In this document: piece after piece, positions 51,621-63,390 of the stretch
How the letters are laid out: each line of letters starts with the position of its first letter
How positions within the stretch are numbered: position 1 is the stretch's first letter
The notes under the pieces: model-generated
What the model saw: only the letters and a program-made list of their open reading frames with translations
What the model was told of the DNA's origin: nothing
The model's database searches: none
Program-made: the position numbers and the translations under genes
Origin: Octopus sinensis
Taxonomy: Eukaryota
NCBI RefSeq assembly: GCF_006345805.1
Contig: NC_043006.1
Coordinates: forward strand, 84,816,001 to 84,880,000
Direction: 5' to 3'
Length of the DNA: 64,000 nt

Positions 51621-51621
51621 A

Positions 51622-51848
51622 GCATATGGCTACTAACCCCATGATTTCATGTTCAATTCCAGGCAGTGACCTGAATAATAATAATAATAATAACATCGAA
51701 AAATACCTTAGGAATGAGAACCCAGGCTCGAAATTTCCCCAAGACACCTGATATAGCACTATATTGCTGGAAGGTATATCAGCTGAAAAATGGTAACAAC
51801 AAACAAGATGAGGACAAATATCCATCGAATGTAATAATGTAAATAATG
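51622..51848 (+). mobile_element. Family G right arm (A box deleted, hammerhead core disrupted by insertion)
   Basis: GCTACTAACCCC...GTTCAATTCCAGGCAGTGACCTG(AAT)n CATCGAAAAATACCTTAGG...GACACCTGAT[insertion]GCTG...CAGCTGAAA. Confidence 0.75.
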
Positions 51849-52619
51849 TAGAATATTTTGGTTGGATATGGCCAGTTTAAATGCTAAAAAGTTAAAGCTC
51901 CATCAGGAGTTGAGGACCAGCAGTAAAGTAAGATATTCACCAGAAAAAATTTCAATTAACTATAACGATCTCTCAGTGTAAAAATGACTATGAATTAAAA
52001 AGGAAAAAAAACAGGCTTGGCTGTGTGATTAAGAAGTTTCCGGTTCAATCCCACTGCATGGAATCTTGGGCAAATGTCTTCTACTATAGCACTGAGCCAA
52101 CTAAAGCCTTGTGAGTGGATCTGATAGATGGAAACTGAAAGAACCACATTGAGTGTGTATGTGTGTGTGTGTCTCTCTCTCTCTCATACAAGTGGTATCC
52201 CTCATTTCCAGTCTTCTGTGAAAATGCATCCAACTTAGGAAAAATATTACCCTACTTTAAAACAGATGAGGGTTTAGCAGCAGGAAGACCTTAGAAAATT
52301 TGCCTCAATGTATTCCTTCTGACCCATGCAGACATGGAAAAGTGGACATCAAACCAATTTTGATGATGGTGGTAATGGTAAGTGGTGGTGGTATTGTTGA
52401 TGATGATGATGATGATCATGACGATGATGATTTGGGAAGTAAAACTTCATTTCAGAAACTTGGTCTAAATTCACAGGAAAAACACTTTCAAGAAGTGAAA
52501 TGTTGAAATGTTTTGTGACAAGCTGCACCAAACAGCATCACCTGCAACATTACACCTTGGCATTATATGCACATAATAAAGAACTAGCACTGGTTGTTGT
52601 AGTATCATTTCAATGGCAA

Positions 52620-53095
52620 CAATAATAATAATGGTGGTGGTGGTGGCAGTGGTGGTGGTGGTGGCAGTGATGGTGGTGGTGGTGGCAGTGATGGTGGTAG
52701 TGATGGTGGTGGTGGTAGTGATGGTGGTGGTGGCAGTGTTGGTGGTAGTGATGGTGGTGGTGGTAGTGATGGTGGTGGTGGTGGCAGTGATGGTGTGGTG
52801 GTGGCAGTGGTGGCAGTGATGGTGGTGATGGTGGTGGTGGCAGTGATGGTGGTGATGGTGGTGGTGGCAGTGATGGTGGTGATGGTGGTGGTGGTGGCAG
52901 TGATGGTGGTGGTGGTGGCAGTGATGGTGGTGATGGTGGTGGTGGCAGTGATGGTGGTGATGGTGGTGGTGGTGGCAGTGATGGTGGCGGTGGTAGTGGC
53001 AGTGGCAGTGATGGTGGTAGTGGCAGTGATGATGGTAGTAGTGGCAGTGATGATAGTGGTGGTGGTGGCAGTGATGGTGGTGGTGCTGCTGCTCC
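52620..53095. repeat. (GGT)/(GAT)/(GGCAGT) trinucleotide-derived minisatellite
   Basis: Recurring unit GGCAGTGATGGTGGTGATGGTGGTGGT. Confidence 0.92.
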
Positions 53096-53737
53096 TGATC
53101 GTCATCATCGTTGTCATAGCAGAGACAGTAATGGTAGTAACAGTGGTAGTTATTTTGGCAAATTCAAGAAGTGGATAACATGTTTTTAAAAGGATAAACC
53201 TTCTTAATGTTAAACAACAGAGATTTTAAAAATTGGAATGTAATAATGGTGGTGGTGGTGGTGGTGGTGTGTGTGGTAATTCTTGTGATGTTTAGGAAAC
53301 AAAAATGAAGTAAATGGAGAGAGAGAGAGATTGAAAAATTAAGAAAATATGTTTGTGTTTACTTTAGAGAAGTTATTTTGCAAGGAAAATATTAATCCTC
53401 TCATTCTGAATCAGTTATTACTTTGATAATGATCAAAGTAATGAGAAGGGACTTACACACACACACACGCACACACACAGATGTACACAATTACATCAAC
53501 ACACATACACACTTACACACACACACACACATACACACACACACACACACACACATTAGTAATATTGTGTATATGGTCTGATTGTGATGACAACATTTTG
53601 TAAACTCAGTGTATTACAATTAGCAAGCTGGTAAAAATGCATAGTGCTATATTGCTTGTTGCTATGTTCTGAGTTCAAACTCCGCAAAGGTCGACTTTGC
53701 CTTTCATCATTTCAGGATCAATAAATTAAGCACCAAA

Positions 53738-53945
53738 GGCAGAAAGCTGGCAGAAACGTTAGCATGCCAGGCGAAATTCTTAGCAGTATTTCATCTGGCT
53801 TTATGTTCTGAGTTCAAATTCCACCGATGTTGTCTTTGCCTTTCATCCTTTCGGGGTCAATTAAATAAGTACCAGTTACGCACTGGGGTCGATAGTCCTT
53901 GTTTGTCCCCGCTGTGTTTAGCCCCTTGTGGGTAGTAAAGAAATA
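53738..53945 (+). mobile_element. SINE family A (tail 1), internally deleted
   Basis: Family A motifs. Confidence 0.8.
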
Positions 53946-54378
53946 GGGATTGTAACCGTCTTGAGATGCCACATATTTTTTATTTCAAACGGCAAATCTT
54001 TATATTTTCTGAGCTTATCAAATTCTTTTACTGAGATATTATGATCACAAGGCATGCCCAGGTCAATCAATAAACAGATTTTATTGTTTAGGTCTTTCAC
54101 AACAATATCTGGTTTATTACCTTTGATGATCCAGTCTGTATGTATTGGAAAGTCCCAAAGAATCGTTGCATTTTCTCCCTCAGTTACAGCCTCAGGATGG
54201 TGCTTGTACTATTTGTCAGCAGTTTTGATTTGATAATGCCAATATATTATCCGATGTAGATATTGGCCAACTCTGTCATGTCAAAATTCATACTATACTG
54301 GTACTAAAACCTTACACCCAGAGATTAGGTGGTCCACTGTTTCAATTTCATCATTGCAGTATCAGCACTTTGGGTCTA
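53945..54378 (-). mobile_element. RLE-type LINE fragment: CCHC knuckle plus RLE domain
   Basis: PKC*YCNDEIETVDHLISGCKVL...HDRVGQYLH...ILWDFPIHTD..IKGNKPDIVVKDLNNKICLLIDLGMPCDHNISVKEFDKLRKYKDL. Confidence 0.9.
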
Positions 54379-54447
54379 TTATTACTATTATTATTATTAT
54401 TATTATTACTATTATTATTATTATTATTATTATCATTATTATTATTA
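54379..54447. repeat. (ATT)n array at the 5' truncation of the RLE fragment
   Basis: Direct inspection. Confidence 0.95.
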
Positions 54448-54592
54448 GGTGTCGAGCTGGCAGAATCATAAGCATGCCGGACAAAATGCTTTGTGGCACT
54501 TTGCATGTCTGCAAGTTCTGAGTTCAAATGTTGCCGAGGCCGACTTTGCCTTTCATCCTTTTGGAGTCAATAAAATAAGTACCAGTTGAACA
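54447..54592 (+). mobile_element. SINE family A, 3' truncated
   Basis: Family A head and central domain. Confidence 0.8.
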
Positions 54593-54649
54593 TTCGGTAG
54601 GTCTCAATGCATCTCAATGCAATATGGGTAAGTCTCAATGCATCTCCAG

Positions 54650-55037
54650 CACTATTTGTCTCTGTCTCTCTCTATCTATCTTTCCCTCTAACTCTGTCTC
54701 TTCTTCCTCACCTATTTGGGTAGCCAAGTGTCTATAGTAAGACACTATCTCCATCCTTCAGTTATACTCTAACCTCTCACCTGGCACAAAGCCACCTCCC
54801 TTGGTACTGCTCCCTCTCCCAGCCAAAAGGTCATTGTCTTGCTAATTACTTGGTGACCCTACTAATGTTGGCGCCACATGAAAAGCACCCATTACACTCT
54901 ACATAGTGCTTAGCATTAGGAAGGGCATCAAGCCATAGAAACCATGCTAAGGCAGACAATGGACTCTAGTGCAGCCTCCCAGCTTGTCAGCTCTTGTAAA
55001 ATCATCCAACCCATGCTAGCATGAAAGACGGATGTTA
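54650..55037 (+). mobile_element. Family C with pyrimidine-rich upstream UTR
   Basis: Similar to 22150-22690. Confidence 0.7.
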
Positions 55038-55838
55038 AATGATGATGATGATGATGAAGCACAAGGCTTCAAACTTGTGCTTATAAAAGAAAAGCAAATG
55101 GGAAGCTGTGAAACAAAACCGGCTTCAAAAAAACATTGCTTTCTTACATAAGTACATTGTCTTAAATAGATCATCAGGGAAAAGGCAATTAGGAAGATGT
55201 GAAATTCATTCTACTCACAAAAAAAGAAAAAAAAAAGGACAGAAAAAAATGATGAGCATTTTTAGTAAAGTGATGTGAAATGGTTTCAAGCAAGGAATTG
55301 AAACAGTGTAAGTGCTCTCGACTCTCTCAAACTACGAAATCACAGATTCCAGCGGCACTTGAGAAAGCAAAACCAAAAAAGAAAAGAAAAAAAAACAAAA
55401 AAAATACATTATCAGTAACTTTTAAGTACCATAATACCACAGAGTACATTAAACATTGAGAATTGAATGGAAAGAAAGAGACTTGTTTTTGGCAAAAAAC
55501 CAGCAGAGAGACAGAGAGAGAGAGAGAAAAGAAGAGAGGGAGAAAGGGAGACAGAGATAGAGAGAGAAAAGAAGAGAGGGAGAAAGGGAGACAGAGATAG
55601 AGAGAAAGAATGATAGGTAAATATAACCCAAAGTGAATTATGATATGATAGCTAAAGCAATCATAACAGAACCACACAAGAAAAATTGCACAACAAAAAT
55701 AAGAATGTCAATCTAAAACGAAAATATAGAAATGATGTGTATACATATAAAACATGTATACATATGTCACAACATACATATAAACATATACACATGTATG
55801 CACAAACACGTGTGTATATAGCAGTGAGTGAGTACATA

Positions 55839-55878
<40 letters not shown>

Positions 55879-55886
55879 ATATATAT

Positions 55887-55918
<32 letters not shown>

Positions 55919-56635
55919 CACACACACTTATACATACATACATACATACATACATACATACACATACATACATATACGAAATGCATGCATAGATATTTAC
56001 ATGTATATATATATATGATTATAATGAAGAAGATGATGATGATAAAGATGATGCCGACAGTGAAGTTGATGGTGACAATGATGATGATGATGACATTTGC
56101 TGATGATGATGACAACAATGATGATGATGACAATGACGACGATATTAACAAATCTTCCGTCAGTTTTGACAATGAGCAAAAGGCTCTTCAATCAACAGAA
56201 CTACCTGCTCCTTAAATTAATGCATAAGTGGCTGAGTATTCCATAGATAAATTGGACCCTTAAACATTACAGTCAGGTAGAATCAGCATGACACAAAGTG
56301 CTATACAGATGGCCTTATTAATTACATGTATAGTCCATCCAATGGGCTTCCATGCAGTTTCCAGTTCTACATACAAGGTTTGGGGTCAGCAGAAAGCTAT
56401 CATAAAAGCTACAAGGCTGAAATGGAACACAGTGGAATTGAACTCATGATGTCAAGACTGTGAAAAGAACTTCTTAACCAATCATCCATAACTGCGCTCA
56501 ATACATACACATATGTAATACAAATACACACTCACACACATATAAGCACGAGCGTGTACAAAAGCAAATATACATTTTATACACATGTGCATGTGTATGT
56601 ATGTTTGTGTATATATATTTATACATACATTCATA

Positions 56636-56820
56636 CATCATCATCATCATCATCATCGTTTAACGTCCGTTTTCCGTGCTAGCATCAGGAAGGGCATCCA
56701 GCTGTAGAAACTCTGCCAGATCAGATTGGAGCCTGGTGCAACCATCTGATTCGCCAGTCCTCAGTCAAATTGTTCAACCCATGCCAGCATGGAAAGCGGA
56801 CGTTAAACGATGATGATGAT
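56636..56820. mobile_element. Fused opposite-orientation family C ends
   Basis: Minus 3' end 56636-56684 joined at GCTAGCA to plus copy 56685-56820. Confidence 0.75.
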
Positions 56821-56834
56821 ATGTATATATATAC

Positions 56835-56883
<49 letters not shown>

Positions 56884-57004
56884 TCAAATAACAAACTGAG
56901 GAAAGGAATTCCTTCAAAGGGGTGAGTAAAACATCCAATTCACTGGTACGTCAATTGAATACTACATAAATACGAGATAAATTTATTGTTTATATACATA
57001 TATA

Positions 57005-57200
57005 TCATCATCATCATCGTTTAACGTCCGTTTTCCGCGCTAGCACGGGTTGGACGGTTTCGACCGGGGTCTGGGGAGCTCGGGACTGCCCCAGGCTCCA
57101 GTCTAGTCTGGCAGTGTTTCTACAGCTGGATGCCCTTCCTAACGCCAACCACTCTGCGAGTGTAGTGGGTGTTTTTTACGTGCCACCTGCACAGGTGCCA
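57005..57200 (-). mobile_element. Family C
   Basis: Family C motifs, CpG-rich. Confidence 0.85.
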
Positions 57201-57691
57201 GAGGGGTATATAATATATATTATATAGACATAAATAAATGACCCATTTATATATACACATACACACACACACACACACATGATGACACACGAGGGATATA
57301 AAGTGTTGAAAAAAAGCAGGCTATGTTTTTTAAGCTGTTGTTGATTTTCTAAAAGAAAAAAGCAGACAGAAAGCCTAAAAGAAACTACAACAATAATATT
57401 TATAGCAACAACAACAACAATAATAATAAAATAAATATAAAATAATAATAATAATAATAATAATAACAACAACAATAATACTTGTGATGATGATGATGAT
57501 GACGACAACAATGAAAGGAGATGCGTAAGGAGATGATGGTGCCGAGAGAAGATAAAAAGCAACAACTCAAGTGTTGTCAGTAACGTTGACTGGTGTGTAT
57601 CTATTGCAGCACACCTTTATTTATAGATGTAATCATCTTCATCATCATAACTGTCTACCTAACTTTCACACACACAAACACACCTAGGTGA

Positions 57692-57722
<31 letters not shown>

Positions 57723-57727
57723 CATAC

Positions 57728-57895
57728 ATCAAGTGGTTGACATTAGGAAGGGCATCCAGCCATAGAAACCATGCCAAATGAGACTAGAGTCTGGTGCAAC
57801 TCCCCACCCCAGCTTGCCAGCTCTGGTCACACCATCCAACCCATGTCAGCATGGACAACGGACGTTAAATGATGATGATGATGATGATGATGATA
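57728..57895 (+). mobile_element. Family C
   Basis: Family C motifs. Confidence 0.8.
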
Positions 57896-58189
57896 TATTC
57901 ATATCTATATACTACTGGAACTCGTTGATTGCTTGCTTGTGTAAGTGCTTGTCTGAAATATAATACAGCCAAACCAGTGCACAATGGGAAAGTACTCTGA
58001 AAGTAAGATACCCGTGGAATGTGAATATAAACAAAAAACAAATTTCGTGTAAATCAGACCACAGATTCCTGAGATACAAGGTCTTTTGGGGTACCTTCGG
58101 AAATAGCCAAAGCGGCACATAATAGGAAAATACTCCAAAAGTAACATAACACACACATATATATATATATATGCATCTATGTATATGCA

Positions 58190-58233
<44 letters not shown>

Positions 58234-58340
58234 CACATATTATATATATATATTACATATGTTATGTATATATGTATCTATATATATATATATATATATA
58301 AAAAAAAGTTTGAGTTGTGGGGTATCGCACGAGTGGGATT

Positions 58341-59195
58341 ATATATGAAAAAAGGTTTGAAAATGCAATTAAACGATGTTTATTTACTTAACCGGTTTCA
58401 CTCTTGGTAAAAGATTGTCAAAAGTAACATTGAATATTATGGGTTCAAAAAAAGTTTTTTACATAATTGTCACATTGAATATTATGAATTCAAAAATGTT
58501 TTTTTTATACAATTGTCACATTACATGTATAAATATAGTATAAAAAGTTCAATAGTGTGATGAGAATATTTGGAAAAATTGGCAGAAAAGAATAAAACAA
58601 ATATATTATTGGAAATTGGTTGCGTTAATTATTGGTTGTCGCAAATTGTCACATTACATGTATATATACAGTCTTGGTAGAAAGGACATGTTAAAGACAT
58701 AAGGAAGTGTAATAGTTTGGTGAGAAAGCTTGTAATATTGACAGAGAAAATTAAAATGGATATTTTAGACATCTCAGAATATTTTGAATCGAGGCGAGAA
58801 TTTGTTTTTTACTGACCTGTTGTTTTAGCAGAAAAGTTGAATTGAGAGAAAAAAGATATGTACCCAGTTGGTTTATACTTCCCTTCAAGCATCAGTGATT
58901 TTGGGGTATTTGGGAGGTGAGTATGCGGGTGTGAATAGATGTGTCCGTGTGCCTGCTGGTCAGACAGCGTCTGTTTGTCACACACATATATACACCACAA
59001 CACAACAACAATACACACACAACATAGTATACACACACACACCACATACACACAACACACACACAAGAATACACACACACACAATGCACCCACATATATA
59101 ATATATACACACAGCCACAAAATATAACATGTATTTATATATAATATACACACATATATAACACATACACACACAACACACACACACACACACAA
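58341..59195 (-). repeat. Left arm of inverted repeat (inverted Penelope pLTR copy)
   Basis: Near-identical reverse complement of ~60895-61760; differences mostly 1-nt homopolymer indels. Confidence 0.9.
58384..58427 (-). ncRNA. Hammerhead motif with U3-A8 variant core (left pLTR)
   Basis: UUACUU UUGACAA UCUUUUACCAAGAGU GAAAC CG GUU AAGUAA. Confidence 0.55.
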
Positions 59196-59196
59196 A

Positions 59197-59655
59197 TCCC
59201 TAAAAAACCTCCTCACAACGCAAAAATTCACACACACAAACCCACCGCCCACCATCAAAAAAATGTGGTCGCCCCAATTGCAAGACCTGCATCAACTCAT
59301 TGAGGGATCGTCGTACAAGTTCCACTCGGAACACACATTCATCATAAAAAATAATTTCACGTGCGCATCAAAAAATTTACTTACGTCATAAGGTGTGAAG
59401 GATGCCACGAAGACTACATAGGGCAAACGAGCCTTACCCTCAGAGAAAGAATGACAGTTCACCGACAACAACTGAGGGACCCCTCCACAAGACAGATACC
59501 ACTAAGTGGACACTTAGACCTTTGTGCACACAATAAGTCCCCCAAATTCTTAGTCTTCCCACTATACAATGCTCGGACAACACCACAGACCAAACACGAA
59601 TAAATAAGGAAGTAATCTTATTCAAAAATACAGACCACAACTAAACATACTCTAA
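59197..59655 (+). pseudogene. Penelope-like element GIY-YIG endonuclease remnant (frameshifted, 5' truncated)
   Basis: LKNLLT.QKF...IKKCGRPNCKTC...FIIKNNFTCASKNL.YVIRCEGCHEDYIGQTSLTLRERMTVHRQQ...HL...RINKE.NLIQKYRPQLNIL*; CxxC linker plus YVIxC..C...YIGQT is the PLE GIY-YIG signature. Confidence 0.9.
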
Positions 59656-59932
59656 CATACCCCTGGGCACACATCCAGAGCAGGCACACAGGGGCACGCG
59701 CACACTCACAGCATATCGTGGCGGGCGGGCGGGCACATGCGCGCATTGGCACGCATAGGACACACTAGCGGGCATTGACCGCACACATACGTGGCACGCA
59801 CACGCATGCATTATATATATGTAGGTTATGTATGTGTGTGAGTGTAGTGTGTGTGTGTGTGTGCGTGTGTGCGCGCGTTGTGTGTGTGTGTGCGCGCGTG
59901 TGTATATATATGTGTGTGTGTGTGTGTGTGTG

Positions 59933-59963
<31 letters not shown>

Positions 59964-60083
59964 CGCGCGTTGTGTGTGTGTGTGCACGTGTGTATATATG
60001 TGTGTGTGTGTGTGCACTGTGTGCGTGTGTGTGTGTGAGCATTGTGTACGTGTGTATGTATTTACATGTGTATTGTTTTTTAT

Positions 60084-60115
<32 letters not shown>

Positions 60116-61751
60116 CTGTGTCTGTATATGCATGGTATGGTGTATATGTGAGTACATTGTTTGTGTGTGTGTGCGGTATGTAGAGATATATTTGAGTGTG
60201 TACGCTATAGGTTTGTATTTTGTGTGTGTGGTGTGTGTGTGAATTTTATATATATATGTGTGTGTATGTGTGTGAAAAAATATATGTATGTGCATGTATG
60301 TATGTATGTATATGTAATATATATATATATATGTGTATATATATATGTGTGTGTGTATGTGTGTGTGTGTGTATATATATTTCATGTATATGTGGTATAA
60401 ACATGTGCATTATTTGCATGCGCATTGTGTATATGTATTTGTATGTATGTGTATTGTATATGTATGTGTACAATTAAGTTGTATATATGTGTGTATGTGT
60501 GCATTGTATATATGTATATTGTAAGTGTGCTATATATACATGAATACATGTATATACGTTGCGTGTATATATATGTATGCATTGTGTATGTATGTATGTG
60601 TGTGTGTGGTGTCTATATATATTATATGTATGCGTACGTGTATGTGTATGCATTGTATGTATGTATATTGTGTGTATATGTGGTATATCTATGTATGTGG
60701 TGTAAACACTATTTATATGTATTATGTATATATGTATATGCATTGTCTATATATATATATTATATATGTATGTATTGCGTATGTATATTGCATGCACATA
60801 TTGTGTATGTGTATTATATACATGCTGTGTATGTGTATTGTATGTGTATATATATGCTAGGTGTATTTGTGTGATATTTATATTATGTATATATGTGTGC
60901 GTGTGTTGTGTGTGTGTGTGTGTGTTTGTGTGTGTATGTGTTATATATGTGTGTATATTATATATAAATACATGTTATATGTGTGCTGTGTGTATATATT
61001 ATATATGTGGGTGCGTTGTGTGTGTGTGTGTTCTGTGTGTGTGTGTTGTGTGTATGTGGTATGTGTGTGTATACTATGTGTTGTGTGTGATGTGTTGTGT
61101 GTGTGTGTAATATGTGTGTGACAAACAGACGCTGTCTGACCAGCAGGCACACGGACACATCTATCACACCGCATACTCACCTCCAATAACCCCAAAATCA
61201 CTGATGCTTGAAGGGGAAGTATAAACCAACTGGGTACATATCTTTTTTCTCTCAATTCAACTTTTCTGCTAAAACAAACAGGTCAGTAAAAACAAATTCT
61301 CGCCTTCGATTCAAAATATTCTGAGATGTCTAAAATATCCATTTTAATTTTCTCTGTCAATATTACAAGCTTTCTCACCAAAACTATTACACTTCCTTAT
61401 GTCTTTAACATGTCCTTTCTACCAAAGACTGTATATATACATGTAATGTGACAATTTGCGACAACCAATAATTAACGCAACCAAATTTCCAATAATATAT
61501 TTGTTTTATTCTTTTCTGCCAATTTTTCCAAATATTCTCATCACACTATTGAACTTTTTTATACTATATTTATACATGTAATGTGACAATTATGTATAAA
61601 AAAACATTTTTGAATTCATAATATTCAATGTGACAATTATGTAAAAAACTTTTTTTGAACCCATATATTCAATGTTACTTTTGACAATCTTTTACCAAAG
61701 AGTGAAACCGGTTAAGTAAATAAACATCGTTTAAATTGCATTTCAAACCTT

Positions 61752-61760
<9 letters not shown>
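59656..61760 (+). mobile_element. Penelope-like 3' region / pLTR with long internal TG/TA repeats
   Basis: Follows the EN stop; distal ~0.85 kb is duplicated in inverted orientation at 58341-59195; ends shortly after a hammerhead. Confidence 0.75.
61675..61719 (+). ncRNA. Hammerhead motif with U3-A8 variant core (right pLTR)
   Basis: 6-bp stem I UUACUU/AAGUAA; core UUGACAA; stem II CUUUU/AAGAG; GAAA; palindromic stem III ACCGGU; GUU triplet, predicted cut after 61713. Confidence 0.6.
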
Positions 61761-61793
<33 letters not shown>

Positions 61794-62705
61794 ATGTATA
61801 TATGCATAAGCCACCCATTATATATATATATATATAGACATAGATAGATAGATAGACAGAGATATATATAATATATATATATATATATATAATACACACC
61901 CACATGCATAAATACACATATATAAACATAAAAGTAATACAGTTTTCAACAAGTTTTAATTAAAAGTATATTTTTAAAAAGAGAAACTTTCACCACCCTG
62001 TTTAGAGATGTTTTAAATATAGATTGAAGGAGAAGAAAATAGAAAGATAGAAAAGGGAAGGAAGGATGAATGGATGGATGGAAGGAAAAACAAAGAAAAG
62101 GAAAAAGAAACAAAAAAGGAAAAGAAAAGAAATGAACGAGAAATGACAAGAAGAATAAACACTAATTAATGAACGAACTCATTAGGATACTTGAAATATG
62201 AGGAAAAAATTAATATTTGACTAATGCATACTCACATAGACAACACAGATACTCACACACACATACATACATTCATAGACTCTGTAAGAAACTAGTTGAA
62301 GGGCATATACATACTTCATATTCAAACATACATTATCACTCATATATACATACACACATATATAAAACAATACACACATATACATACACACGCATGGATA
62401 TTAACCAATAATTTTCTAAAATAGCTCATAAGGCCCCAAATTTTGAAGTAAAACTAATAGTCAATTATATCAAATTCAATACTTGATAACTACTTTATTT
62501 CATCAGATACAGGTAGGGCTGATACTTTTAATAAATATATATTAGTGACAGAGGAATTATTAATACCAAGAGGTAATATTTATCCCTACTTAAACATCAT
62601 TCCCAAAGGGAGCAGTTCTGAGTCTCTAGGTGAGACTCAGAATGGCTTGTATAAAACAAAACAACAACAAAATTGTAACAATAATAAATAGAAAACAACA
62701 ACAAT

Positions 62706-63343
62706 CCTTTCTATTACAGGCACAAGGCCTGAAATTTGGGGGAGGGATGGTCAATTACATCAACCCCAGTACTCAACTGGTACTTAATTTATCAACCCTG
62801 AAAATATGAAAGGATGTCGACCTCAGCACAATTTGAACTCAGAACGTAACGGCAGACAAAATACCTATTTCTTTATTGCCCACAAGGTGCTAAACACAGA
62901 GGGGACAAACAAGGACAGACAAATGGATTAAGTCGATTACATCGACCCCAGTGCATAACTGGTACTTAATTTATCAACCCCAAAACGATGAAAGGCAAAG
63001 TCGACCTCAGCGCAATTTGAACTCAGAACATAGTGACAGATGCAATACCGCTAAGCATTTCGTCTAGCATGCTAACAATTCTGCCAGCTCGCTGCCTTAA
63101 CAACAACAACAACAACAACAATCCTTTCTACAAAAAGCACAAGGCCTAAAATTTTAGATGAAGGGACTAGTCGATTACATTGACCCCAGTGTTTCACTGG
63201 TACTTAATTTATCAACCCTGAAACGATGAAAGGTAAAGTCGACCTCAGCAGAATTTGAACTCAGAACATAGCAACAAGAGAAATACCACTAAGCCTTTCA
63301 TCCAGCATGCTGATGATTCTGCCAGCTTGCGGCCTCAATAATA

Positions 63344-63390
<47 letters not shown>

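Larger units (their letters stand above)
51205..51895. mobile_element. piggyBac-like (TTAA) MITE interrupted by family G dimer
   Basis: Host reads through ...AAACAGTTAGAATATTTTG | GTTGGATATGGCCAGTTTAAATGCTAAAAAGTTAA; left end approximate. Confidence 0.5.

Noticed and set aside
52605-53178. Long Thr/Pro-rich mucin-like ORFs
   Set aside because: Pure trinucleotide repeat, open on both strands, no start or splice context.
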